In this document: in pieces, positions 46,333 through 56,865 of the stretch
How the letters are laid out: every line of letters starts with the position of its first letter
Numbering within the stretch: position 1 is the stretch's first letter
Source of the DNA: an uncultured Candidatus Competibacteraceae bacterium
Lineage (GTDB): Bacteria > Pseudomonadota > Gammaproteobacteria > Competibacterales > Competibacteraceae
Length of the DNA stretch: 60,117 bases
Direction: 5' to 3'
Assembly (NCBI GenBank): GCA_937960715.1
Contig: CALGOO010000171.1
Span: 1-60,117, forward strand
Position numbers and translations under genes: made by a program
The notes under the pieces: model-generated
Databases searched by the model: none
What the model was told of the DNA's origin: nothing
The model's input: the letters and a program-made list of their open reading frames with translations, nothing else

Positions 46333-46374
46333 TTATCACCATGATAAGTTTAGGTCTGAAATTTCCGCTTTCAA
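46333..46374 (-). promoter_or_regulatory. Sigma70 promoter and palindromic operator of the TAC operon
   Basis: Minus strand TTGAAA-N16-TAAACT abutting the palindrome TTATCA-N3-TGATAA. Confidence 0.6.
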
Positions 46375-46524
46375 GCCCGCCAGTCAAGCAGGGCTTTTCC
46401 GCCAACCGAAATAATCACTTCCAGTATACACTCCATCCCACCTTAACCCCCTCCCCGCCAGGAGTTTTTCGACAGTCCCTGAAAAGCGCGTGGTGTCCTA
46501 TCAGGCCGAGAAAGCCATCTCGCC

Positions 46525-47706
46525 CTATCGGGGCAACTGCTCCAGGCTGTCCAGCACCGCCCGTGGTTCGAGCTTGCCCTTGAAGAACAGTACCGGGCCG
46601 GGAATGTCCCGGAAATCGTCCGCGCCGACGTTCAACCGTTCCGAGACAGCGACGATGAGATCGGGCATGGCGGCGCGGCGCAGCTTGTCCAGCTTGCGGC
46701 GCAGATAATCCGGGTGCCAGAACCCCATGATTTCGACATGCGCCACCCGGCCATCGGGATGGCGCAGGGCGAAGTCGGGCACGAACACCGTCCCCTTCAA
46801 ATCCACGATTTCCACTTCCCGCTCCAGCGTCCACGGCGTTCCCAGCTTTTCCCAGCGGCGGGCGAAGCTTTCCTCCAGCAGGCTGTCGTAGGCGGGCGGC
46901 GCGGCGGTCAACGGCTTAAGCGGCGATTGCGCATCGAGCCGGTAGCTCAGTTCCTGCCCGTCCCGCTGTAATACCGCCTCCATCTCCCAGCGGCTGACTC
47001 GCAGCAGCGCCGGCAGGAACAGCGCCATTTGCAGACCGTACTTGCGGGTCTGCTTGAACAGGCTGGCGGGCCCGTCCACGTAGATTTGATAGCCGTCGTC
47101 CAGGTTGCCCTCGACCGCATACATCAGGCCGTGGAATTTGAGATGTTGAAACAGCCGGCGGTATTCGCCGGGGACGTTGCGGTGGGCGGTGAGGCGCAGA
47201 CACAGCGCCGAGTACAGCAGACCCTGGGCCTGGGCCAGGTTGTAGCGGTCCACCAGTTGATCCGGGGTGAAGTCCGGCAACGCGGTCAGCAGATGGTTTT
47301 CCGGCAGGTCGGCGTACAACGCCTCGCGCAGGGTTTCCGTTTCGAGTCGATAGCGCGGCGTCACGGCTTCGAGCACCTCCCGCGCCTGAGTTTCGCCATA
47401 AACGCCGCGTTCGGTCGCCAGGGTGAAGACTTCGCGCCGCAACGCTTCCGGCTCCAGTTCGCCGGTGGCCAGGGTGAATTCGGCGGCGTTCAGGGCCAGA
47501 TGGGCGAAGCCGCGCACGATGCGGTAATCGGGCGAATCGCCTTCCAGCGCCCGCAGGGCCGTTTGCAACTCGCCGCGCGTGCGGTGCTGATGCTCGCGGA
47601 TCAGGCTCAGCACCTGCTCGGCCCAGACGTATTGTTCCCGCCGCAGAAAGCGGGGATGGACCTGGGCGCCGCGCTTGTGGGAGAAGAGGAGATCGGAGGG
47701 CAGCAT
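46525..47706 (-). CDS. DUF790 (Bax1-like) nuclease
   Basis: MLPSDLL, YNLAQAQGLL, DGPASLF...KYG, YDSLLEESF, PDF...EIMGFWHPDYL. Confidence 0.9.
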   Translation of the reverse strand: MLPSDLLFSHKRGAQVHPRFLRREQYVWAEQVLSLIREHQHRTRGELQTALRALEGDSPDYRIVRGFAHLALNAAEFTLATGELEPEALRREVFTLATERGVYGETQAREVLEAVTPRYRLETETLREALYADLPENHLLTALPDFTPDQLVDRYNLAQAQGLLYSALCLRLTAHRNVPGEYRRLFQHLKFHGLMYAVEGNLDDGYQIYVDGPASLFKQTRKYGLQMALFLPALLRVSRWEMEAVLQRDGQELSYRLDAQSPLKPLTAAPPAYDSLLEESFARRWEKLGTPWTLEREVEIVDLKGTVFVPDFALRHPDGRVAHVEIMGFWHPDYLRRKLDKLRRAAMPDLIVAVSERLNVGADDFRDIPGPVLFFKGKLEPRAVLDSLEQLPR

Positions 47707-49214
47707 CAGCGGTCGGGCTTGTGGCCGGTAGACCGTTCCGGGTCGAACAGCGCCAGCGTGGCTTCGATCCGCTCCGCTTTGCGGCTGGCGTCCGGCGGCG
47801 TTCGCCGCCGGTCGGCGACCCGCTCTTCGCGGGTTTCGCGGGCGATGACTTCGTACAGCACCGCCTGCTTGCCATGGCCGCGCCGCAGGATGCGGCCCAA
47901 CCGCTGCACGAATTCCCGCGCCGAGGCGCTGCCGGACAGGATCACGCCAATCGAAGCGTCCGGCATGTCCACCCCTTCGTTGAGCACGTTGCTGGTGGCG
48001 ATGGCGGCGTAGGCGCCGGACTTGAAGCGGTCGAGAATGTCCTGTCGCTCCTTGATCACGGTCTGGTGGGTCAGGCAGGGGATCAGAAAGCGTTGCGAGA
48101 CTTCGTAGGCGGTGGCGTTGTCCTCGGTGAAGATCACCGTCCTGGCGCCCGGATGATTGGCCAGGATCATGCCCAAGGCCCGCAGCTTGGCGGGGGTGGC
48201 GTGGGCGATGCGGCGAGCGTCGCGGTGGGCGCGCATGGCGCGGCGGCCCTCGACGCTGCGGGCCGACAGCATCACGAACCGGTTCCAGCCTTCCAGCGTG
48301 CTCAATCCCAAACGGTTGGCCTGCAAAAAGGCGTTGCGCTCGTCCAGGGCTTGTTGATACGCGGCCCGCTCGGCGGGCGACAAATCCACATGCACCGGCC
48401 GCACCTGGAAATCCGCCAGCACATCGCCGGCCAGTTGCTCCGGGCGCTTGCGGTAGACGATGGGACCGATCAATTCCGGCAAATCGGCATCCTTGCCATC
48501 GCTACGTTCGGGTGTAGCGGTCAACCCCAGCCGATAGGGCGCGAGCGCAAATTCGGCGATGACCCGGTAAAACTCCGAGGGTAGATGATGCGCCTCGTCG
48601 AAGATCAGCAGGCCGAAGCGGTCGCCCAACCGCTCGATGTGGCGGGCGGCGGAGTCGTAGGTCGCGATCGTCAGCGGTTGCGGTTCGTGGTAGCCGCCGC
48701 CGATCAGGCCGATCTCCTGATCGGGAAACGCCGCCCGCAGTAGCGCGTACCACTGCTGCATCAGGTCCAGGGTCGGGACCATGATCAAGCCGTCGCGCCG
48801 CGCCCAGCATAGCGCCAGCAACCCGACCAGGGTCTTGCCGGCCCCGGTCGGCAGCACCACCACGCCGCGCCCCTTCGCCGCCTGCCAGGCCGCGAGCGCT
48901 TCCTGTTGATGGGGATAAGGCGTCATTTCCAGCGCGCAGGCCAACTGCCGAACCTGGTAGCGCGGTGCCTTGTTGCGGGCCAGTTCACCCTTCAGCGGGC
49001 CGATGATGTCGCCGTAGCGGTGGGCGGGCGCGCGGTAGGCGTCCACCCGGGGGTCGTAGCAGAACCAGGTTTCCAGCCCGGCCGGCAGTTCGGCCACGCC
49101 TTCCAGCAACAGTGTGCCTCGGTCGAAGCGAAGCTGGCGCTCCGCGTCGTCGCGGCCGGTGCGGTACAGACCAGCGGTGTCCTTGGTCCGGTGCTTCATA
49201 TCCATATCCGCCAT
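47706..49214 (-). CDS. XPB/Rad25-like SF2 helicase
   Basis: LPTGAGKT, DEAHH, GLTATPER, LNEGVD, QRLGRILR; stop/start overlap with DUF790. Confidence 0.9.
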   Translation of the reverse strand: MADMDMKHRTKDTAGLYRTGRDDAERQLRFDRGTLLLEGVAELPAGLETWFCYDPRVDAYRAPAHRYGDIIGPLKGELARNKAPRYQVRQLACALEMTPYPHQQEALAAWQAAKGRGVVVLPTGAGKTLVGLLALCWARRDGLIMVPTLDLMQQWYALLRAAFPDQEIGLIGGGYHEPQPLTIATYDSAARHIERLGDRFGLLIFDEAHHLPSEFYRVIAEFALAPYRLGLTATPERSDGKDADLPELIGPIVYRKRPEQLAGDVLADFQVRPVHVDLSPAERAAYQQALDERNAFLQANRLGLSTLEGWNRFVMLSARSVEGRRAMRAHRDARRIAHATPAKLRALGMILANHPGARTVIFTEDNATAYEVSQRFLIPCLTHQTVIKERQDILDRFKSGAYAAIATSNVLNEGVDMPDASIGVILSGSASAREFVQRLGRILRRGHGKQAVLYEVIARETREERVADRRRTPPDASRKAERIEATLALFDPERSTGHKPDR

Positions 49215-50284
49215 AATCGCTCCCGAACGGTTGCGCCGTGCCAGTCGGTTTCCAGCCGTTCATCCTCGACTTCGGCCAGCGGCAATGCGGCGCGATAGTG
49301 GCTTTCCGCCGCGCGCTCGGTTACCCGCATGGAAGACGGCGCGGAACCGGCGTGGGCCAACTCACCGTAATCATCGTCCACCGCCGGCCCTCCCAGCGCC
49401 GCCCGCACCCGGCCCAGCGCCAGATCGCCCAGCAGCAGCACGCTCTCGAAGCATTCGTTTTCCAGCGGTTGACGCGACAGCGCGGCGTCGATCTCCGCCC
49501 AGCGTCCCGCCAGCGCGAGCACTCGCAACGCTTCCCGCCGCGCGCCGAAATCGCGGTTGCCCTCATGGACGGCCGCCAGTAAATCCAGGGCCCGTTCGAC
49601 CGGTGCGGCGGTGCCAGGATCGAGTGTCCGCCGCGCCCGCCAGTCCAGCAACCGCGCCCGTTGGACCAATTGCCACTCCAGCGCCTGGGCTGGATGAAGT
49701 CCGACAAGGGTTTCGGTCAATCGCGCCAATTCGTCCATCGCGCGGCGGCGGAAGGCGACACGGCACAGTGCCCAGAGATGCGTGGATGCGGTCAGGCGGG
49801 GATATTCGTCACGCCAGCCGGCCCAGGCGCGGGAATGCCAGTCCCAGGCAGCGGTGAAATCGCCCTGGCGCAACGCCAACTCACCCTCCAAAAAATCCAG
49901 CGGCGCGGACCATGGCCGCCGCAGGTCCGCCAGCAACCGCCGGCCCTGATCGAGCACCACGCGGCAAAAGCCGGCGGACTTGTGATCGAGACTGATATGC
50001 ACGATGGCGATCAGCGCGCTGAAGACATCGGCGGGATCGGCGGTCGCGGCCCGTTCGCTGGCCGCCTGTAACAAAGCCACCAGCGCCAGATCGTCCTCGC
50101 CGGCCTGGCGCAAGCTGTAGCCTTCCCACAGCAGCGCCCGCGTCCGCTCGCCGACCCGACCCAACGCCTCGGCCCGCTCCGCCACCTGGCGCTCCAGCCG
50201 GGCCGCCCGGCCATAATCCCCGACGACGCGAGACTGGCGGGCCTGGGCGCGCAGCGAATCGAGCGTCCGTCGGTCGGCGATCAT
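49196..50284 (-). CDS. Hypothetical all-helical (TPR-like) protein
   Basis: 362-aa ORF co-oriented between cnoX and the helicase; TPR-like helices such as EGELALRQGDFTAAW. Confidence 0.6.
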   Translation of the reverse strand: MIADRRTLDSLRAQARQSRVVGDYGRAARLERQVAERAEALGRVGERTRALLWEGYSLRQAGEDDLALVALLQAASERAATADPADVFSALIAIVHISLDHKSAGFCRVVLDQGRRLLADLRRPWSAPLDFLEGELALRQGDFTAAWDWHSRAWAGWRDEYPRLTASTHLWALCRVAFRRRAMDELARLTETLVGLHPAQALEWQLVQRARLLDWRARRTLDPGTAAPVERALDLLAAVHEGNRDFGARREALRVLALAGRWAEIDAALSRQPLENECFESVLLLGDLALGRVRAALGGPAVDDDYGELAHAGSAPSSMRVTERAAESHYRAALPLAEVEDERLETDWHGATVRERLWRIWI

Positions 50285-50324
50285 CGCCGGGGCGCGCGCC
50301 GCGTCGCCGGAGGTCGAGCGGCGG

Positions 50325-51188
50325 TCAATGCAACAACGAGAACATCCGCCGCCGGTAGGTGGCCACCAGCGGATCCTGGTTGCCAAGCATCTCGAACAGC
50401 ATGATCAGACCCTTGCGGCCCGCGCCGTCCTCGAACTGGGGATGACGCCGCAGGATGTCCATGAATTGCTCCAGCGCCGCCTCGTAGTCGCCGGCCAGCA
50501 CGTAGCGGGCCGCCAGTTGTCGGCGGGAAACGCAATCATCCGGCTGCGCCCGCACCTGCGTCTCCAACGTGGCCAGGTCCGGCGCGCCCTGGACCAGATC
50601 GGCGAATTGCAGCCGCGCCAGCAAGCCGCTGGCCGGTTGCCGATCGCGCTCCTCCGCTGGCAGGCTCTGCAACAGCGTCCGCGCCTCCTCGCCCCGATCC
50701 AGTTGGATGAGCTTGTCGGCCAGCGCCACCTTCAATTCGCCGCGATCCGGCTCCTGCTTCAGCGCCTCGCGCAACAGCTCGACGGCCTGCTTCTGGCGGC
50801 CATGCTCCCAAAGCGCGTTGACCTGTTCCAGAATCTGGTCGGCGGGACCGGCGCGCAATTGATCGATCACCGCGCGATAGGCCGATTCCGGCTGCACCCC
50901 AACCATTTGATCCACGATTTGCCCCTGCCAGACCACCATCACCGTCGGCAGGCTGCGGACCCGGAAATGGCTGGCCAGGCCCTGCTCGGCGTCGGCGTTG
51001 ACCTTGGCCAGAACGAAACCGCCCCGGTATTCCTGGGCCAGCCTGGTCAGCAGGGGGGTGAGCGTCCGGCAGGGCTGGCACCAGTCGGCCCAGAAATCCA
51101 CCAGCACCGGCACGCGTTGGGAGTTTTCCACCACCACCGCGGCAAAGTTGTGTTGATTCACGTCAAAAACGTAGGGCGATTCACTCAT
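50325..51188 (-). CDS. cnoX: Thioredoxin-TPR chaperedoxin (YbbN/CnoX)
   Basis: PVLVDFWADWCQPC thioredoxin domain, TPR region, C-terminal YRRRMFSLLH. Confidence 0.92.
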   Translation of the reverse strand: MSESPYVFDVNQHNFAAVVVENSQRVPVLVDFWADWCQPCRTLTPLLTRLAQEYRGGFVLAKVNADAEQGLASHFRVRSLPTVMVVWQGQIVDQMVGVQPESAYRAVIDQLRAGPADQILEQVNALWEHGRQKQAVELLREALKQEPDRGELKVALADKLIQLDRGEEARTLLQSLPAEERDRQPASGLLARLQFADLVQGAPDLATLETQVRAQPDDCVSRRQLAARYVLAGDYEAALEQFMDILRRHPQFEDGAGRKGLIMLFEMLGNQDPLVATYRRRMFSLLH

Positions 51189-51296
51189 CGTTGAAGATCC
51201 GCAAGGGCCGCGCCGGGCGGCGATGACATTCGGCGATGACCCGGAAATGGAGGCGCTGGCCGGGTTTTCAACGGGCAGGGCCGGGAACGTTCGGAA

Positions 51297-51620
51297 TCAG
51301 CGCTGGAGATATTGCAGCTTGTCGGGCTTGCCGTCCCAGGCGGCGGCGTCGGGCGGCGGATCCTTCTTGGCGGTGATCACCGGCCATTGCCTGGCCAGTT
51401 CGGCGTTGAGGGCCAGGAACCGTTCCTGGCCCGCCGGCACGTCGTCCTCGGCGAAAATCGCGCGGGCCGGGCATTCCGGCTCGCACAGGGTGCAATCGAT
51501 GCACTCGTCGGGATCGATGACCAGAAAGTTCGGTCCCTCGTGAAAGCAGTCCACCGGACACACTTCCACACAGTCGGTGTACTTGCACTTGATGCAATTT
51601 TCGGTGACGACGAACGTCAT
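51297..51620 (-). CDS. fdxA: 7Fe ferredoxin
   Basis: [26 protein letters not shown]...[12 protein letters not shown]. Confidence 0.96.
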   Translation of the reverse strand: MTFVVTENCIKCKYTDCVEVCPVDCFHEGPNFLVIDPDECIDCTLCEPECPARAIFAEDDVPAGQERFLALNAELARQWPVITAKKDPPPDAAAWDGKPDKLQYLQR

Positions 51621-51783
51621 GGAGAGTCCCCTGAAAGGCTGGAAAGCATGAAGCACGCTATCTTGACTACCCGCATCGTCATGTGAGGCGGGAACTTCCG
51701 GAAACGAGGAAGCGCGCTATCTTAACCGCGATCCTCCGGTTTGGGCAGGTCATGCTGGCGTGCGCCCTCGCTGCGGCAAACCC

Positions 51784-54402
51784 CTAACCGGCGGCGGACC
51801 GCAGCCGCGCCAACAGTTCACCCAGCCGGCGATTGGCGACGAGATCGACTTCCGCGCCGTCGCGGGTCCGGGCGTTGCGCTCCACCAGGTCCAGGAAGCC
51901 GCGAATCCAGTCGGTGTAGTAATCCTGGTCGTAACTGGAGGGTTGTTCGCCCAGTTGCGGACCGCCGCGCGGCACCGTCCGAGGCGGAAACACCGGCCGG
52001 GGACCCGTTTCCAGCGCCAGCGTCGGCCGCTGCTCCAGCGCCAGGACGTCATACCCCAGGAAGTCCACGTAACCATTGAGCAGGTTGGTGGTCAACCGGG
52101 CCGGCAACGCCACGATCTGTTCGAATTTCATGCGAAAACCGGTTACCTGGCGCACCAGCGCTTCGATGCGCTCCTCCAGTTTCAAGCGCTGCGCGCCGGC
52201 GATCAACTCCTTGACGAACTCGGCCATGGCGGCTTCCGGCACCCGATAATAATCGCACAGCGACTTGTTGCCGCTCAGATCGTGCAAATCCCGCATCCAT
52301 TCCGCCACCGCCTCGCGGGCGAACAGCGCGGCGTCGTCCCGGCGGGGCGCCTCGGTCGGTTCACCCGTCGACGGGGCTCCCAACCCCAGCAACGCCTTCA
52401 TCTTGCCGGTATCCACCACCGCGCCGATGGTCGGGGCGCCGATCGCCTGCTTCTCGTCCGGCAACCGGGTCTCGATCCGGTAATAGATACCTTCCAGTTC
52501 GTCGCTGTCGGCCTGCAACGCGCGCAGCAATTCGCCGAAACGCTGCTCGCCGGCGCAGTCGATCAGACTGCCGGCCACCTGCCGCGCCGCCGCCCGGCGC
52601 TTTTCCAACTCCCGCTCCGGGTTGTCGCTGACGTAGTAATGGGCCATGCGCTCGATCATCTGTTCGCTCAGCCGCGCCACCTGCCCGGCCAGTTGCTGGT
52701 GCTTGAGTTCGGGATTGCACAGCGGGCGCAGGCTCTCGGCCAGATAGCCGACGCCGCCGTCGTTGAGGGCGAAACCGGCCTCCCAGGCTTGTTCGGGATT
52801 CTGGAAATGGGCGCTGGCGGCGGCATCCTTCAGAAACGCCTGTCGGAACTGCTCGATCCGCTTGCGCTCGCCGGGCCGGACGTTCAACTCCTGGCCGTTC
52901 TCGTCGTAGTCGAAGATGTTCTTGGCCTTGAAGTTGGGATTGCGCAGCCAGAAGCTGTTGCGGAACGGCCCCTGGGCGTCCCACTGGTGGGGCCAGTCGT
53001 GTTGCTTGCCGAAGAAGTTGAGTAGCGAACTTTCCAGCCGGGTGATCCAGCGGCTTTCCGGCGAGCGCTCGCCCGCCTTCTCCTCGAACTCCATGTCGAA
53101 CTTGGTCAGCACCAGAAACAGCGCGGTCGGCTGTTGCGACCGCTGTTCCGGGGTCGCGCCGTGGGTGGACACGATCCAGTCGAACACCATCTCCGGCAGG
53201 GTCTTGACCTCCTGATTGCTGGGGCCGATGCACAGCAACATGCTGGTCAGTTCCTGCTCGGCGCAGTACCGCTCGAACAGATAGGCCACCTTGCCCCGCA
53301 GGAACAGGCTCCACAGGGCGTCCGCGCCTTGCAAAAAGGTCGGCAAGTCCTTGATCTGCTCGCGGGAACGGGCACCGGGGAAGTCGAGCAGATCGGTATG
53401 CTGGAAGAAGTCCCAGGGCTGCTCGTTGATGACGATGCGCAACTCGGCGATCAGCGCCGTCACCTCGTTGCGCGGCAGGGTCACCCGCGCGCCGCCGCTG
53501 CCGATCAGAGCCAGCGTTCCGCCGCCGCCGGTTCCCAGGCCCTTGAGGGTCTGCACGTCGATGATGCTCTGCTCGCGGGGAAGCAGCGCCTCCAGCCCGG
53601 CGCTGGCGTCGGCGGCGAAACCCAGTCCCTGCAAGCCGGTGTAAAGCCGGACATAAAGCTGGCCGAACGCCTCCACCCCGCCCCAGATCACGCCAAACAG
53701 CTTGGCGCGGTCCTGAATTCGCAGCCGGGGGGCCAGTTGCGCGGCCTGTTCCCAGTAGCCGTGCCGCAACAGACGCACCCGCTCCTGGCCTTTGAAGTAA
53801 CGCTCGAAATAGGCTTGCAGGTCGTAAACGTCCTCGGCGGTCAGTGGGTCCACCGGCTGCGGTTGCGCCGCCGGGGCGAGCGCGGTCAGCAGTTCGGTCA
53901 ACTGGGCCTGGGTCAACGCTACGTCGTCGCTGTGGTCGCAGTCGGCGTAGTAGGTGTTGCCGAGAATCTTGACCAGATCGGTTTGGGTCAGCAGCCGCAT
54001 TTGCACCGGGGCGGCGGACGTGGCGCCCGCGGCCGGCTGCAGGGTGAAGCGGGTCACCAGGCCGGTGGATTCGCGCCCGCCTTCCGGGTTGATGTCGCGG
54101 ATGAAGTCGATGTCCTGGCCAGCGAAATCGGCCAGCAGCGGTGCGTTGCCCTTGCGGGCCAGGGCCGAGATCAGATAGGACTTGCCGGACTGGCTGGGAC
54201 CGAACACGCCGACGCACATCGGCCGTTGCGCCGCCTGGTCCAGCCGGCGGGCCTGGGCGGCGAGCCGGCGGAATTCCTTGGTCAGCCCGGCCTTTTCCTG
54301 GCGGACCCGCTCGGCGTTGTCGTCCAGCCAGGTCAGGAATTCGGCGCCGACCTGTTCCAGGGTGCGGCAAGTATTGCTGAGGGTGGCGTCGGTGGCGGTC
54401 AT
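51784..54402 (-). CDS. srfC: SrfC-family protein (P-loop GTPase-like)
   Basis: GVFGPSQSGKSYLIS, INPEGGRESTGLVTRF, DLLDFPGARSR, LRGKVAYLFERY, TKFD; 872 aa. Confidence 0.88.
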   Translation of the reverse strand: MTATDATLSNTCRTLEQVGAEFLTWLDDNAERVRQEKAGLTKEFRRLAAQARRLDQAAQRPMCVGVFGPSQSGKSYLISALARKGNAPLLADFAGQDIDFIRDINPEGGRESTGLVTRFTLQPAAGATSAAPVQMRLLTQTDLVKILGNTYYADCDHSDDVALTQAQLTELLTALAPAAQPQPVDPLTAEDVYDLQAYFERYFKGQERVRLLRHGYWEQAAQLAPRLRIQDRAKLFGVIWGGVEAFGQLYVRLYTGLQGLGFAADASAGLEALLPREQSIIDVQTLKGLGTGGGGTLALIGSGGARVTLPRNEVTALIAELRIVINEQPWDFFQHTDLLDFPGARSREQIKDLPTFLQGADALWSLFLRGKVAYLFERYCAEQELTSMLLCIGPSNQEVKTLPEMVFDWIVSTHGATPEQRSQQPTALFLVLTKFDMEFEEKAGERSPESRWITRLESSLLNFFGKQHDWPHQWDAQGPFRNSFWLRNPNFKAKNIFDYDENGQELNVRPGERKRIEQFRQAFLKDAAASAHFQNPEQAWEAGFALNDGGVGYLAESLRPLCNPELKHQQLAGQVARLSEQMIERMAHYYVSDNPERELEKRRAAARQVAGSLIDCAGEQRFGELLRALQADSDELEGIYYRIETRLPDEKQAIGAPTIGAVVDTGKMKALLGLGAPSTGEPTEAPRRDDAALFAREAVAEWMRDLHDLSGNKSLCDYYRVPEAAMAEFVKELIAGAQRLKLEERIEALVRQVTGFRMKFEQIVALPARLTTNLLNGYVDFLGYDVLALEQRPTLALETGPRPVFPPRTVPRGGPQLGEQPSSYDQDYYTDWIRGFLDLVERNARTRDGAEVDLVANRRLGELLARLRSAAG

Positions 54403-54422
54403 GGCGAATTCGCTGGCGATGG

Positions 54423-56147
54423 TTAACGGGGCGTTCGAGACATTGTAGCGCAGCCGGACGGGTCGATTGAGCGTGATGCCAGGTCGTCGTCGACCGTGTC
54501 TCGGCAGGTTTCGTCCACGAATCGGGCCAGGTGATCGCCAATCAGGGAATAGGGCAGCAGCACCTCGTTGGCGCCGCTGGTTTTCAGGACTTCCACCTCA
54601 TGCGCCGAATCCGCCGTGGCGACGATGACCGCATTCGGCGCCAAGGCCCGACAAGTGGTCACGATAGCTTGGTTACTGGTGCCCTTGAGCATCATATCGG
54701 GAATGGTGGACAGGATGATTTCCGCGGTGGCGACATGGGCGTGTTCCAGGGTGTCCCGACTGCTGATATCGCCAAACAGTCCCTTGATATTTCGGTCGCC
54801 CAATTCCTTCAACACTTCCAGATTGAAGTCGATCACCAGAATCTTCCGCAAGAGTTCCGGGTTAGTGATCTCCAGTTGCTCGATAAAAGCTCTGGCTCCA
54901 CGATGATAGCCCAGCAGCACTACCGGATAATGATCGTATTCATCCTCCGTCACGGATTCCCTGACCTTGTGGTGAAAACCCATTCTGGTGAGCCATTGGT
55001 CGAACGCCAGGTAGGCCTGGTGATTGCCATTGATGAAATAGCTGGACAGGACCGAGGTAAACGCCATCGCATAGATGATCAGCGACATCATGCGTTGGTC
55101 GATGTGACCGTAACCCACGCCCAATGCCGCCACCACCAGGGAAAACTCACTGATCTGGGAAAGATTCAGGCTGGCGGTAAAACTGGTTCGTCGCCCGCTG
55201 CCGGCAAGGGAAAGCAGCGGATAGATGATCAAGAAGCGGGATGCGATGACGAACAGGACGATGACGACGGCTATGCTCAACAGGGCAACGTCCGGAACCG
55301 GGATCTTCATGCCGATGGAGAGGAAAAACAGGGTCAGAAAAAAATCGCGCAGCGGGAGGACCTTGGCCGTGACATGGATGCTGTACGGAAAGGTCGAGAT
55401 GGCCGCCCCGGCGATCAGGGCGCCCATTTCCATGGAAAGGCCGATCCAGGCCGCCAGGCCCGCCATCAACGCGCACCAGGCAACCGACATGGCCACGACC
55501 ATTTCCGGTGTGTCCGCGATCTTTGCGAAGACCCACTCCAGCAAATACTTGCTGAGGAGAAAGCCCATCGCCAAGAGCGCCAGGCTCTTACCCAGCGCCA
55601 TGACGACGAGCATCAGCCGGGGATCGGTGAGATGCGGCTGCAAGGCCAGAATCAGGATCGCCCACAGGTCCTGGAAGATGAGAATTCCCAGGGTGATTCG
55701 ACCGGGCAGGGTATCCAGTTCAAACTTGTCATACAGGAGCTTGACGACAATGGCGGTGCTGCTCAAGGCGCAGAACATCGCCAAGTAAAGGGCCTCGATG
55801 CGGCCTTGACCCAGGTCGTAGCCCAACAGCATGAAGAATCCCACGCCCATCAATATCGAGAGGGGAAATTGACCGATGCCGGGATAAAGCAATTGCCGTC
55901 CCGACGACAGCAAATGGGAGGGATTGAGTTCCAGGCCGATGATGAACAGCAGCAGGATCAGGCCGAGTTCGGAAATGACTTCAATATCCGCTGGATCGGA
56001 TACCAGCCCGAGGCCAATTTCGGGTCCGATCACCGCGCCGGCGACCAGATACCCCAGAATCACCGGCTGGCGGAAGAACTGGAAGGTAAAGCCCAGCACC
56101 GTGGCCGCCAGGATGGCAATACCGATTTGAGGAAGAATGCCGTGCAT
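54423..56147 (-). CDS. Cation:proton antiporter (CPA2/Kef-like) with TrkA-N domain
   Basis: QPVILGYLVAG, LLFIIGLE, SSTAIVVK, LIFQD, LRDFF, QISEFS; C-terminal LGYHRGA/GD domain. Confidence 0.9.
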   Translation of the reverse strand: MHGILPQIGIAILAATVLGFTFQFFRQPVILGYLVAGAVIGPEIGLGLVSDPADIEVISELGLILLLFIIGLELNPSHLLSSGRQLLYPGIGQFPLSILMGVGFFMLLGYDLGQGRIEALYLAMFCALSSTAIVVKLLYDKFELDTLPGRITLGILIFQDLWAILILALQPHLTDPRLMLVVMALGKSLALLAMGFLLSKYLLEWVFAKIADTPEMVVAMSVAWCALMAGLAAWIGLSMEMGALIAGAAISTFPYSIHVTAKVLPLRDFFLTLFFLSIGMKIPVPDVALLSIAVVIVLFVIASRFLIIYPLLSLAGSGRRTSFTASLNLSQISEFSLVVAALGVGYGHIDQRMMSLIIYAMAFTSVLSSYFINGNHQAYLAFDQWLTRMGFHHKVRESVTEDEYDHYPVVLLGYHRGARAFIEQLEITNPELLRKILVIDFNLEVLKELGDRNIKGLFGDISSRDTLEHAHVATAEIILSTIPDMMLKGTSNQAIVTTCRALAPNAVIVATADSAHEVEVLKTSGANEVLLPYSLIGDHLARFVDETCRDTVDDDLASRSIDPSGCATMSRTPR

Positions 56148-56244
56148 GAGAGCCTATGCGAAAAATATGGGTCAAATGAAATAGTCACGAAAAAAACACA
56201 ACGGTTTACCACTTAGAGCCATACCCTGATTCCTGTATGGGCTC

Positions 56245-56865
56245 TTAAATTTTTTGCAATATTCCGAGTATCACCGTGAATAGTTCCTCTAAATCTTCCG
56301 GGACCCGATAGGTATGCAAATCTCGATGGATGCTTTTTTCTTTTCTGTTCAGAATTCCAAAACGCCAAAGCTCGCCGATGCTAACCGCGCCATAAATTGA
56401 ACCTGGTGATTTTGGCTCCCTGTACATATCCAACGCTATCATTTCGGCTATAAGCTGATTGAATCCCTTGTCAATATCCCCCTTTTTGGCTTCAATGACG
56501 ATGATCTCCTGATCGGAGTAAACCAAATAATCGAGCGATCCACTCAGTCTATTGTCAACGTCAATCTGGTATTCGACATTGATTTTCGCTTTTGCACCGC
56601 GGATGATCTCCCACAAAACTGGAGCAATCATGAAATCCCTTTTCGCCATCTCGGAATCCAGGGTAATCTTTGGCAAGATTTCATAGAAATTTTCCCGCAA
56701 GACCATTATCGATTTTTTATCCACATTCGTTGCAGCCGGTAGATCAAGGATTTTGGTTGCAAACGAGTAACCAAAGGCGTTAGCGATCTCTTCGGTCGTA
56801 TTGGTAAAATAAAAGTAATCACTGAACGTATATTTTTTCTCTTCCTTAAAGATCACTTTGCCCAT
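56245..56865 (-). CDS. AT-rich hypothetical protein, restriction-endonuclease-like PD-(D/E)XK fold
   Basis: LDYLV...IVIEAKK...GFNQL...YGAVSIGELWRF; much lower GC than the flanks. Confidence 0.7.
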   Translation of the reverse strand: MGKVIFKEEKKYTFSDYFYFTNTTEEIANAFGYSFATKILDLPAATNVDKKSIMVLRENFYEILPKITLDSEMAKRDFMIAPVLWEIIRGAKAKINVEYQIDVDNRLSGSLDYLVYSDQEIIVIEAKKGDIDKGFNQLIAEMIALDMYREPKSPGSIYGAVSIGELWRFGILNRKEKSIHRDLHTYRVPEDLEELFTVILGILQKI

